In this document: positions 13,244 to 26,429 of the stretch, in pieces
How the letters are laid out: each line of letters opens with the position of its first letter
Position numbering within the stretch: position 1 is the first letter of the stretch
Assembly: GCA_038496445.1 (NCBI GenBank)
Contig: JALMLS010000196.1
Location: 62,001 to 126,000, forward strand
Source: Trichosphaerium sp. ATCC 40318
Taxonomy: Eukaryota > Protista > Tubulinea
Direction: 5' to 3'
DNA length: 64,000 bases
Notes under the pieces: model-generated
Database searches by the model: none
Seen by the model: the letters and a program-made list of their open reading frames with translations, nothing else
What the model was told of the DNA's origin: nothing
Program-made: the position numbers and the translations under genes

Positions 13244-14969
13244 GCGTATGGATAAGACTGCTTACAACGGAATCACACAAATACAATAAAACCTATTTGA
13301 CCAAACGATTTGAACTTTATGGCGTTATTTTGCGTACTAGAGTACTAAAGATTTACTTTAAACAGATTTCAGTTACAATCAAATATAATTTTCCATTTGT
13401 TGTGCGTGTCATGTTAAACACAGCGTTGACTCTTTGGCAAGAAAAATTACAGTAGCCGGCGTGAGTGCATCACTTTGAGAAAAATGGATAAATAACTTGG
13501 TTGGAGTCTACATTAACCATAAAAAAAAACTTACTTATCCAAAACTATTCCCAATATTTTTGCAACAGTACTGTCGGTACCTCAGCGCCTTTAACACCCA
13601 GTACTGGGTGACACTCTAAATTCATATGGACTCAAATTTATATCCCAAGTAAACATGATTGTTATTTTTGAGTCATATGAGACATAGTTTCTGTAGTCGA
13701 AAGGCAATTTTAGGACGTGCTGGCACAGAAGCAATCCACCTTTTTTTGCAAGAACGAAGCAATTTATTATCAGGATTATATCGCTATACTCAATGCTTTT
13801 AAAATGAGAACTTTTTGCTACAGCTCCGGTGTATGGAACTATAGATAATGAAAATGGAACCAACACGCGAACATTGTAGAACAAACTTAAGTTTGTAGTC
13901 TTTTCAATAGACAAAGTTTCTCAAGACAACAGTCCTCCCTACGCTTCTAACGAAACCTGTTGATAGGTATGGTGTACAAGTATGAGCCTTACATACACCT
14001 CAACACGCGATGGAGTTCACATGCATAATGCACAATAAGAGAAATAAATTGTTCTGAGGACCACAGAGCGCAGCTGCAAAATTGAAATAAATAATCATTG
14101 CAATCAAAAAATTCATAGTTGTATACTTCAAGTTTACCGTATGTTACAAGTGTATTCTAATATGCGCTGGAAATATTTGCCCGAACATTCTAATTATATG
14201 GAGTATATTAATGTTATTACCACCATTGAAGGGTATTGTAACGTTCAAAGTGAATAACATATAAATAGGGACGAACAATACCTTTTAACAAAAAACAAAC
14301 ACTGAAAAAAAGTACGTTTTGTTTTTTAGTTCCCTTCACTTGTCACGTGATTATAAGGTTTGCGAGAGTTTCACTATACCCGATACTTCGTAGATTACGC
14401 AGTATATACCTCAATTAGGACATTCCGAGAGTTCAAAGCTCCGGTATAACCGACTGAGCATGAGTTGTTCTAGAAGTGTGTAGTGGCATATTAGTGTAAT
14501 TTAAATCACGTGAACGCCTTCAGAGGTGTTTTCAGACAATGCCAATCTCATATTTCAAAAAAAAGAGGTCCAGCACCTTCCACATGACAATACCATCAAT
14601 ACACAAAAAGTTTGAAAAAGTCGTCAGAAAATTTGGATAAAAAACGTGATTGATTGAGACATTTTTGGAATTCTTAAAACCACTTTAAAAACACCTCATA
14701 TCGCAATGGTTCGTAACAGTGTATGTGTATTATTGATATTTATGCGTTTCCAAATGAAACTCTTTAGTTTTAGTTAAATTTTTGCTATCGAGCTTTAATT
14801 TTAGCTTATTTAGGGTCTCCGTGGCATTTCCAGGCGTCAAAAGCCAAATAAAAAATGTAGTACTAATTTGAACAAAAGTTTATTAACTTTATGTTTTCCT
14901 TTTCGGGTTTTGTGTACTTTTCAAGAACATATTCAACCGCAACCCACAAAGCAAGCTACACGTGATAAA

Positions 14970-16564
14970 ATGTCCAGCAAAGATAACAAACAACGCTCAA
15001 GCAATAACAAGGACCTCACTAAAGGAGCCAACGAAATTAAAAATACACCACAGTTTGGAGGCACGCTTACATTGAATCCATTAGGGCTCTGTCCTTATCT
15101 ATTTAGGATGTCCCCAACGTACAGAAGCAAATTACCAACGTATGAAGCCTATACAAAGACCCCAGAACAGTACCCACAGCTCGCAGGTTACATCAACAAA
15201 ACGAAAGTACGTTGACAAATTAAAAAAGGTTGTTGATTAGTAACCCGCTTACTAGAAATACGTCAGATGGTACACAACCAACCAAAAAGCAAAAAACTTC
15301 ACCCATTGAGTACGTGAATATTTGAATGCCATGACCAGTTCTCTGCTAAACTATTATCGTTACCTTACACCTCCTTTAGACAAATGGTAAAATCTGTACC
15401 TCCGGTGTACGTTTTACCTCTACAATCTGCTCGTGGTGTGGAACTAATTATTTGTTTTAGGTATTTTAGAAGTAAACCAGTGTGCGCTACCCCAGCTTTT
15501 CGTACTTTTTTTTTATTTTGTCAATCACGTGATTTGGTTTTTTATTTTGTCAATGGTTTGTACTTATTTCTTCAGTGTTAGAACTGGTACGCTGATAAGT
15601 AAGATAGCACCAGACCTGTACGTATAAAACAATCAAGGGTTTTGTTTGGACTTACTCTATTTAGTTATCCTACTATATTACTACCGAAAATCGGATATAA
15701 TGTAAATACATATATTGCAAACGCGCTTTTTCCGGAGACAGCGACTTTCATCGCGTTCGGCACAATACGGGCAGTAAATATGATAACATGTGCCGCATTG
15801 TATCGAGTATACTGCCACGCACTGGGTCAAAACTTGATAACAGACCAAAAAGCAAAAGCAGCAGTAAAACAGTTCGATATGTCGAAGTGGCGAAAAGTGC
15901 TTCAATATCCAATTGGTTCCAGTTACGGCCCATATACCTTATGGAAGGAAATGGCGAAAGTGTTACCTGACCCTCGAGTTGCGTTCCTCACATTTACAGA
16001 TTTGGTTGATCAAAGAAACGCGTACTATCATGGGCTAACCGACAAGTGTATCAGTTTGGATGAGGTCGTAAACACACTCCACAGCTTCATCGAATCATGT
16101 GGATTAACATGCCAGGAAATAAATAAGCACAGTACGTTGTGGCATAAGCCTTCTTTTCGAATTTATATCGTTGTTAATAGTTTATCTAGTTGTTCACAAT
16201 GCTGTGTTTAAAGAATGGACCAGATTTCAAAAAGAAAAACTGGGTATTTATAAAGTGTACGTAGTGCTTTAACTCATTCATCAGCTTACGTAACCAAAGC
16301 GACTACGTTACATCTCTGCAAACAGGAATTAAAGAAGAAAAGGCGAAGAGTAAAAGCCTGGAAGGAGAGAACGCAAAACTAAAAAAAGGGTTGGAGGTTA
16401 TGGACGGCACACTCGATAAGGTGCTCGCAAGTAAGGACGAGAAAGTAGCTGAGCTGGCTGTTGCGAATGTAAAAAATTCAGAGCTTCAAACCAAGATTAA
16501 ACGCTTGGAGAACAAACTGAAGCGGCGTTCAACCCAAAAAGATGAAGATAGCGAAAGCTATTGA
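14970..16564 (+). CDS. Putative HEPN-domain (RxxxxH) protein with disordered basic N-terminus and C-terminal coiled coil, multi-exon
   Basis: The spliced model is continuous. The core FDMSKWRKVL...LWKEMAKVL...FTDLVDQRNAYYHG (motif at 16014-16031) is followed by a heptad-rich tail IKEEKAKSKSLEGENAKLKK...LQTKIKRLENKLK. Confidence 0.6.
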
Positions 16565-16996
16565 AGTAATACCTGTTGCATCTACATAATAAATAGAGTT
16601 TTTATCTTCATTGCTTCGAGTTAACAGGAATCCTGAAACATTGTATTTTGTGTACTTGTACTGTCAGTCACTAGACATCCGGTATTACTTACTTATCCTT
16701 CAACGGATATCATGTTCTTAAATGCAACAAGATGTCATTTCAAACATTTGTCGGATTGCATGTTGTAGTGCAAAATTTCGACTAAGTCGACTTCAAAGCT
16801 GTCTCCTAATATGGATAGTAGATGTGAATTTTAGATTATTCAAAGAGGACAAATAAAGGTACGTGGCTTTGACAAATTACACAAATTACTTTTTTTGGTT
16901 CTAATAAGACAAATGCTTTATTGTAGCAAGGTACAGTTACTGGAGGTTTTTCTTTTTCTCCTGCTCATTGTATGGGATATTTATGCCTCTGAATTT

Positions 16997-19900
16997 TTAG
17001 TCTTTGGTGAGGAGTTTTGTTCTTTCTTCTGAATGATCTTCTAACTTTTTCTCTTCTACATTTAAATTGTTAACATAGCGTATAACAATCGATATTTCAT
17101 ACCTTGTAAAATATACCACTTCTTTGGGAAGTAAGTGCGATACAAACTACATAAAATGTGAGCGCAGGAAAACGCAAAAGAAGAAAAAAATGAGAATAGT
17201 TCAGCGTACTACTTGAACGTCACATCAGGCCATAAACATACAACTACTGTTAGAGCAACCATAGCATATGTCATTGGTGCACGTAAGACATATAAAATAA
17301 TATAGTATTGTGAAGGCACAGTCTCCAATAGAAAAGTTTCAGCGATGATAATCACAAAATATGCCACTAGACTTAACCACACTGTTAAGTGATATATCAA
17401 GTTCTGCGAGCTGAACAAGAGCAATAAGTACGAAAGAAAATTGTTATAAACGGTTGCACAACATTGGCTATTACGTACGAGGTCTCTAAGAGTATCTTAA
17501 TGGTGATTAAGAACATTCCTATAGTCATGACAACATGTCCGTAGGCACGTAATCCTAGTGTCTCTCCATTGAGTAACATGAATCCATTCTCGCTAAAAGC
17601 GAGGTAGGGTAGAAAGAATAATATTAGAGAGTGCATTACACCATAAACAAGCCCTGAAGATTGAAACAAAACACGTCAGCATAAGGAGTTCCAAGTTGAA
17701 GATAACTGTTATTGAAGTTTTTTGTTCAACGTACATTGTGAAAGTGTGCTTATCCGTAGACGCTTATTGTGTTGATACATTTGTGGATACTAATAACGTT
17801 ATTAGACGGTATGTTGAATGAATGTCAACTAATACCTTAGCCAGGGTTTCTGGAGACAAATCATAGTCGAAAAGCCCAAGAGCGAATACTGGAAATGATG
17901 TGATTACAATGTTAAATATCGTCATAATCCAGTCATCAAATAACGTCTAAATATTGTTATTAATGACTTTATAAATCTACAAATAGAAATTATTTAATTT
18001 ACCTGAGCAGAGTATCCGCTGTATATACTGAACCATATTTGAGCCAAAAATACTGCAAAATTTTTGTAGAAAGAGTAGTAGATGACTTTAGTATTCCTCA
18101 GCAATGAATAACGCCCGTGAACCTATTAGTCGTGTTAGGCTTTGTAATCAATACTGTGATATTTAATATACCATCAACAGTCTCTCCAGGTCCCTATGAA
18201 CAGAGTTAACACAGCAAGCTTAAAACCAATATTTCTGTACTTGAAAGTAGCCAAAGCAAAATCTGAAGCACGAGCGGCTTGAGTGCCTTCTCGGCCTTGA
18301 ATACCTACACCAATTTGTGCTTGCATTATCATTTGTACATCATTTCCTCCATCACCAATGGCGAGTGAAATAACACCGAGCTTTGCTTGTATTGCTTCTA
18401 CAACAAGCGCCTATCTTGAAATCAACATTATACAATCGTGTTTCGATTAAGTACCTTTTGTAGAGGCGTCACACGATTGACAACAACTGATACACAAAGT
18501 TTAGATACCTCAACGAAGAGGTCTTTATCGTTATGTAATAGGAATTCTAACGTTTTACCGTCTACGACAAGAGCGAAAGTGTCAGCATCGTCCTAAAAGA
18601 AATGAGCAACTGTTCAAAATGTATTCGAATACATACAGCACGATCAATATGGCTCTTTATTTGAACCAATCTAGCCTTTGTTTCGTACTGATTTGATGCG
18701 TTAAGTTTGAATACTGTCATGTCAGGTGTTAGAAGCTTTGAAGAGTAACCAATATTAATTGCAGTATCTTGCTTATCTCCTGTAATCACCCATACTTTTA
18801 TTCCTATAAAATTCTTATTAATTTTCTCTACAACTACGATCCACTTTACCTGCTAGTCGTAGGTTATTTAGTGTTTGAGGTACTTTATCTTGTAATTTAT
18901 CTTCTATGGCTGTACACCCAAGAAGCAGTAAATTCTTCTCGACGTTGTCATAGATTTTTAACATCAAAAAAGAAAGTCAGTAGGCTATTTCTAAGAAAGA
19001 CTCTTGAACCTGTTTTTCTCTTCCTTCATCAACTATACTTCCAGCATCTTCTAGATCAGCGTTTATAAGTTTCCACTCTGATTCAGTTATCTCTTTGTAC
19101 GCTACAAGAAGCGTTCGAAGACCCTTTTGTATGTCTTTTAGTTCAACACAACGAAGAGAAACTTGTGTGCATACCTCCTTTGAAAAGGTATCAACTTGAT
19201 GCTGCGTTTGCTTCTCAACATCAGCATTAAATTTATTCTTAGCTAATCTCTCTGTTATTATGTTATCGGCTCCTTTGCAATACAGTAAAATCTTATCATC
19301 TGGACATCTTACAATAACAGACATTCTTTTACGATCTGAATCAAATGGCATTTCACAAAGTAATGTATACTCTTCCCGTTTACCTTGTGGTTTATGAGAA
19401 AGAGTTATCGGGTATGGTTCACATACCCATCACATTCAAAAATATGGACATATTAGATCGAGCGCAGAACACAAATTCATTATCACGTGACGCCTAGGAA
19501 ACAATAAGAAAAGATTTTCGATTTGGTGAAAAAAAAAAGTAGTACCTCAACAAGCGCTTCTTCATCTGGTGATGATGCTTTGTAAACAATATCTAACACA
19601 GAAGTAATTAAATCACAGGTACTCAAAACAATACTGTACTTTGTAGATTTTCATAGGTGTCATCGGTAGCACTACATACAACACTGTGGCAAAGGCTCAA
19701 TGCGTATAAAAATTTCTTCATGATATCAATGTTTATATCATTCATCTGGCAATCCCTTAGTTAAGTTTTTGGTTGAGACGTTTAATACTCTACCTCTAAT
19801 TCATCACGTAAAGCTTGAGGTCGTTTCTTACAATCAAAGATAACACCATATACCGAGCACTTTACAAACTTCATAATATTCTCAGTAAGTGTCCCTGTTT

Positions 19901-22124
19901 TGTCTGTGAACACATACTTCACCAACGCAAGCTCATCGTTAAGATTAGATGTCTTTGCAATAGCTTTTTTATCTCCGTGCATCATTTCTACATCCCATTG
20001 AATATAAGCAGCCTATCAGTATGTTATTGTGATCAAAGAATACCTGACATGTGAAAATAACTCTACGTGCCTGTACAAATCTTACAACATCAAGAGTAAC
20101 TATAAGACTCAAAGGAATAAGATAACTCAATATTACAAAGTAACTGAAAAAGTTTTTCATAGCTTGGAATTCTGGATTGCTTGGTGCTAAACCAATATGT
20201 TCAAGGAACCTTCCTTTCTAATTATGCATAAGATAGAACAACCAAAACCTTGACATGTATTTACTTACCTCAAAGAAGTATCCCATGATTGTTACAAAGA
20301 GGCATAGTAATATTTTGAAAGCGAACACAGCAATAATGTACTTATTGAGGTTTACATCCTTCGTGCATTTTAGTGAATTATGTGAAAAAAATGAAACATT
20401 TCGCTTTTGTTCTTAAACTAGTGTACCAGCGTTGAAAATTTAGATGGTGGTGATCTCTGATTCATCCCAAGCTTACTTTCAGGTCCAGCATAAACACAAA
20501 CACCAGCAATCCAATCTGTGTTACGAGATGTCGATCCCTTTTTAAAGATAAGTGACTTTAAAACTTGATAACAATCTCCGTACCATCAATAAGAAATTAT
20601 CTTTTGAAAGGGTTATATGCTTGCTTTCATCTCCATCATTAGTAAGTGTCATGGCACCTAGTATTTTATGTAAGCTTTACAACATAGTTAAGTTTCAAGA
20701 GTCTAGAGATTTTGTTACAAAGCAATATTATTGAATGCTAAGTCCAATTGAAGTACAACAATAAATGGATTCATAGTGTGCCTTTAAAGTCATATAAACT
20801 AGGAGACGGATCATTACAAGTAATTCGTCCTCTTAGCGTGCTAAGTTCGTATATAGATAACCCAGCTGTCTCTGCTGGACATCTTCTTGGCTTCAAGTTT
20901 GTTTCTCTGTAGCAAGTTATTACCATCAATTATTAGTGGAGTGACTGATGTACCCATCCAATTGAGCAGTTTCTATGTATGAAATACCGTCATCGCTAGA
21001 TGCTGTAAGGAGTACCAAATCAGCAGGTATAATTTCGTCAGCACGAACTACAACAATATCCCCAACTTGAAGTTCAAAACTGGCAACTGAAACCAATTGC
21101 CTATTTGCGAACAATTAAAAATTACAATTAATCTCATTGTACGAACCCTGTATCATGTTCTACCACCGCTCGCTTTTCTTTGTTTACTTTAAGATCCGCT
21201 TGTAACCTAAGCTGAACAAAAACATGAATACAAGCACATTGTGATACTTGTAGAAAACAAGAAAAACAAACAACGAAAGGTGTACCCAATCTTCATATGC
21301 TTCTCTGATTGCAGAGACTCCTATTATAAATAACAATCCACTAAAACTCGTCCAAGGATCGATGGGTGATATTGCAGGTATAGCAACAACAACACAAACA
21401 GCTAGAAAATAAATAGACGTCATTTTCCTGAACTGCTCAAAAAGCACCTAATAATTGTAAAAAAAAAACAAAACCGCCTTTGTTGGAGTGCAAACAAAAA
21501 GCACGTGACTTACTTTAGGTAAGTATGACCATAATGTATATCTATATAACGTTAATATGTTATTGAAAGACTTATAGAGCGTACTTGGTCGTATATAACG
21601 CATTTTCAGGAAAGTTACGTGTGGCGTTATCGGCAGGATTGTTCAAAGTGATCACTAGCGAAAATACATGAGTAAGCAGGCGATTAAAATGTAAATTAAT
21701 AATATTACGCACCAGGGTAATTACCCTTTCTACCACCTTGTAAAAATTTCTTGTCTGTCCTTGTAGTGATTCTACCCATCGTTTGGTTCACTTCTATTGG
21801 CATTCTGTCTCTAAACAATATTTTTTGTAAAGCCGTTGGCAAAAATCGTACGACAGAGCGCGTTTAAGAGCGTATATAATCGATAGCGACGTACTTGACC
21901 ATTTTTAAAGGATTTTTTGTTTTATTTCGCCGTTTCGCCTTTCTCGCTGTCATCGGCGTGAGACTACGATCGGAGGTATCGGTTGTTTCGCTATCTATGC
22001 GTACGTACACGTTAAATTGGAAAGGTCAGTGATATTTTCTAGGCATACGAGCATTGGCGAGCGGCGTTGGCACCACCGCATCGGCTTGCACGTCTGTGCT
22101 ATTAATTTCTGACTCACCACTCAT
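16997..22124 (-). CDS. P4-type ATPase (phospholipid flippase), multi-exon
   Basis: [31 protein letters not shown] phosphorylation motif, [31 protein letters not shown] and YSFYKN. The C-terminus [10 protein letters not shown] carries an acidic dileucine-type motif. Confidence 0.96.
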
Positions 22125-22461
22125 ATTTTGGTACAAATGATTCAAATACCCATTAATGTGACTCTTTCTCGTTTAATACGGTACCTTGATCGGATAAACT
22201 ATTTAATAACGCCCAAATTCGTGAATTTTCAGTATTTCCGTTTTAGCCTCAACACAGGCATTAGGCAGATTAGCAGATTACTTTCTTGCTCATTGGCGTA
22301 CTGAGTAAGATAACGCGTTTCCAGCTCACTACGAGCATATGAAACTTATAGTCACCTTGAACAAGGAAACCATCTTTACTGTGTACAGTGGTGTCCATGT
22401 ATTGTGTTTATTTACAAAAAAGGGTACTACAACCCACGTGACGTGTATCTTTTTTTGGAAA

Positions 22462-24008
22462 TTAATCGTAAACAAGTATTGGAAATGATAAGCCATCAAA
22501 ACCCAACTCACAGTCTAATCCGGTTTTCTTGAGTTCAGCAAGTTCTGGGTTGACTTTGTTATAATCTATACCATGTGATAATCCAATAAAGTAAGTTTTT
22601 TTAGCCTTCAATTCTCTAGCTGCTTCAATGCTTTGTTTCAAACAAAAGTGAGATCTACGCTGTGTTACTCTTACTTCTGATAAGAAATCACTTACGAATG
22701 AGGTTCATCATACTTTAGAGCATCTATTATAAGTATACCAATGCCCTTAGGTAACCCTTTAAGCATTGTCATAACATCATCTGGTATTCTTGATACATCC
22801 GATATGTAAACCATGTTGCCAAAAATAAAGGCAGTACAATCCGAGTGAGCACCATGCTCCACCTCAAAAGGCTTGAAATTTAAACCTACAAAAAGTTTAT
22901 GTTATACAGTGTTACACAGGTGAACTGCCATACCACAAACATTAAAGGCTTCACCATCTTTAAAAGTGTTAAACTCAATATTCGAAACATACATACTCGT
23001 TGGACCCTTTGATTGCGTTTAGCAAAGCTATCATTCCTCGATAATTCAAAAAACGTACAGTCACTTTGTTTATCAAGTAAGGAAATACACTTGCTATTTT
23101 AGGCATATAAATATCCTGTAAGTGTACAGGTATAGATTTCTGTACACGCTTTTCTGATGTAGTTTTTGTAATATCCATACAAAACTCTCTGAGATCATCA
23201 AGCCCAAAACAAGCATCAGCATGATGATGTGTTAAAATTACTCCATCTATCTCAGAGAATTTATGTTCAAGCATACGCTCTACCAACAAATAAGTAAAAA
23301 TTCAAAATCGGGAAAATGTACATAATTTATGACACGTGTCAAAAAACAGGGCATGGGAATTGTCATGTGCGTACTTAGTATAGCTTCACGAAATGTTTTT
23401 CCTACATCTATGATGATATTTTTCCCTTTGTATTGTACAAGAAGAGAAGGATTCCGTCGAGTATTTTTGCTACCAGGTACATTCAATGCATCAGTACAAC
23501 AGCTGCACATGTTCGCTGACTAGAAAAGGCATGTGAGAATAAACTGTTGTTAGACAGTGCTGTACACTCACAGCACGGAGACATGGTATAAAGGGGACAC
23601 CAGATGAGCTTCCAGAACCAACAAGAATGGCTTTCGCTACCTCTATGTTTATATTTAGTGAGCGAGTTTTTTTTGCGTGCTAGTACCGTGTTTAGGCGTA
23701 AGAGGTGAGGTTGTAACATTGAATATCTCCCCCAACCGGTTTGTGAACGTAGGCAAGTCTTTGTTGTAAGTACGCGATCCATTGACGGTGAAATAGTATT
23801 TTACAGCGCAATTGTGCGTAGAAGATGCCAATTGTACCCTTTTGCGAAGGGTTACACGATTGAAAATACACAAGTGACTGTACTTAGTTCTAAATACTCC
23901 GTTCTCCTCTGTAAGTTGTATGGTAGATGTAAAATCGTCCCATTGACCTGAAATGCTGACTGTTTTGGCTTCGTGTTCCCACGTTATCTCCACAGCTTCA
24001 CTGGCCAT
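22462..24008 (-). CDS. CBM48/AMPK-beta-type glycogen-binding domain fused to a PhnP-like metallo-beta-lactamase hydrolase
   Basis: N-terminus MASEAVEITWEHEAKTVSISGQWDDF...VKYYFTVNG...NRLGEIFN. A 44-nt GT-AG intron (about 23643-23686) joins it in frame to EVAKAILVGSGSSSGVP...NTRRNPSLL...IDVGKTFRE...THHHADACFGLDDLR...VEHG...YISDVS...HSSHF...IGLSHG...LGFDGL. Confidence 0.82.
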
Positions 24009-24110
24009 TTTCCACGCGTAAGGAGTGTTGTAACAGTATTGGCGTTGACCACTAGTGGTTTTTTTCAGAAAAAAGTAACAATTGTGTAAAGGCTTGTGCT
24101 CCATAACAAT

Positions 24111-24759
24111 ATGGATAATTCGTCATGTCGCAGTAGTAGGTGTTAGATAGGCAATTGTTAACTTATAATTATTATCTAGAGGTAAATGAAGATGCCGTTA
24201 CGTTACTAGAGCTTCCACATGAACTCCAGAGGCTTATTAGCGAATACTCTGCTGAAACATTCAGTAAATATAACTTATTATCAAAAAAAGCCGCCGTTGG
24301 CACTCACTTTGACGAAGACCTGCGCAAACATGGCCTGTGGATTCATTGGCGTGGCGATGAGCGCATTTTAGTTGGAAGCTGGAGAAATGGAGTTAAGCAT
24401 GGCACGTGTTTGTTAGGATTGATTTTAGGTTTTCTCATTTTTCGTGTGTAGGAACTTGGACAACTTTCTGTGGTAGGAAGTGTAAAATAACCACATGGAA
24501 CTCTGGTGTACAGCATGGTCCATACAAAGAATGGAACTTTTCAGGTGTAGTGTTTGAGCAAGGATCAAAAAAATGGGGCAAAGATGATGGCGTTTTTGAG
24601 CAATATCATATCAATGGAAAACTAGCTATACAAAGTAACTATAAGGATGGGAAACTTGAAGGTGAGTATAAAGAGTGGTGGCTTTCGGGTAAGATCCGCA
24701 TGCATTGCTTCTACAAGGAGGGCGTTGTAGAACGTTGGGTGGAAGGTCAAAGTATATAG
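24111..24759 (+). CDS. F-box-like plus MORN-variant repeat protein (paralogue of 4833-5711), 2 introns
   Basis: LLELPHELQRLI...LLSK...FDEDLRKHGLW aligns with LLRLPLELQLTI...LLSK...FDDALNRHGKW. MORN-variant repeats follow (NYKDGKLEGEYKEWWLSGK). Confidence 0.8.
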
Positions 24760-24969
24760 ATGCATAACTTACATTGGCAATGGTATTACTCTATTGTTGG
24801 GCTTTGTCGCAATTTAATGGCAGTAAATAAACTCAACACTACAATGCTATCCTTTTTAAACGAAAGTTCAACTTTGTACAAACGCACTCGTTCACTGAAG
24901 GCCAGTGTTCCTACAACATTCTCATTTTTTGAGTTTATTGTCAACGGTTTATTAATAAACCTTCATTAC

Positions 24970-26202
24970 ATGAATAACAACAAATCAACATCTTCGTTAT
25001 ACTATGCTCAATGTGCTGTGGGAGGAGCCTTGGCATGTGGACTAACACACTCAGGTAATGAAGATAATTACTATTAGACAACAAATTGAACTGTTAGCAA
25101 TTACACCACTTGATGTTCGCAAAGTGCGAAAGCAGATTAATATGCCTTCAGCGCATTATCAGCTCCGGTCACTATGGAGACAGCACGGATTAAAAGCGTT
25201 AACTGTAGGTTGGAATCCAGCTCTTATAGGTTATGCACTCCAAGGTACTTTTTAATAACTTAGTGTCCTATGTATTCTAAAATTGGTAGGTACCGGGAAG
25301 TATGGTTTCTACGAGGCAAGTTGATGCTTTGGTTTTGTTTTTTTCTAATTTTCTCGGAAGGTGTTTACACGGATGTATGCCAATCAGGTTGGTCCCGATG
25401 CCTATAAGTATAAGGATCTTATCTACTTGGGTGCTAGCGCTTCTGCGGAATTAATAGCGGACGTAATGCTATGTCCTTGGGAATCTATTAAGGTATACAG
25501 ACAGTAACTGAATTTATCAACTACCAAGCAATGTATAGGTACAAATGCAAAGTGCAAAACCTGCAAGTGTGAATCCAGGCATGATTTCAACAATGTCCAA
25601 TATGTATGCCAGGAATGGTTTCGCAGGGTACGTTGTTTTGCTAACAACTTACAGTTTTGTTTTTAAAGAAAATTCCAGGTTCTTTTCTGCTCTTGGACCT
25701 CTGTGGGGTAGACAAGTACCTTACACTATGATGAAATTCTGGAGCTTTCAAAGGAGTGTAGACGCAATCTATAGTGTACTTCCAAAGAACAAACAGGATA
25801 TGAGTGGTGCAGAAAAACTCTGTGTAAGTTTCGCAGGCGGATATTTGGCAGGAATATTTTGTACACTTGTATCTCAACCTCTGGATACTGTAGTTTCGGT
25901 CCTTAATGCAGAGAAATTAGCAGGAAAAAATACTTCTACTTTACAAATAATGAAACGACTTGGACCAATAAAGATATGGTCTGGACTTGGAGAACGAAGC
26001 ACGTGTTTACAATAGTATGCAATAGAAACTAACAAAAAATAGTATTGATGATAGGTACACTCACGGCGCTACAATGGCTTATCTATGACTCATACAAGAT
26101 AGCGGTTGGCCTGTAAGTAGCTCGCAACATTGTTCATACATTCACGTTTTTTTCTTACCTCAGTCTAGTGAAGTTACATCAGGGATTAAAAAACCAGAGT
26201 AA
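24970..26202 (+). CDS. Mitochondrial phosphate carrier (SLC25A3/MIR1/PIC2 family), multi-exon
   Basis: CAVGGALACGLTH, TPLDV, GW.PALIGYALQG..KYGFYE, YLGASASAELIADVMLCPWE, PLWGRQVPYTMMKF and MIGTLTALQWLIYDSYK. Confidence 0.95.
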
Positions 26203-26429
26203 ACCATTTCTCTCAAGCTTTAATATTCAATCAAGATATACAACACCTTTATTTCCAGAAGGGCTCAGCACTCCTTTTGGCACTCCGTCATGCACTTCCT
26301 TGTGTTTTCTATTTACAATAAAACAGCTTTCTTTACATTACTACACGAGGAACTGATGTTCTACATGACGCGTGAAGTAATCATTTTTCTGGGTTTCTTT
26401 TTTTTTTCTTGTAGTTCTATTCAGTAGGT

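Noticed and set aside
14809-14815. TTAGGG telomeric seed
   Set aside because: Single isolated hexamer, expected by chance.
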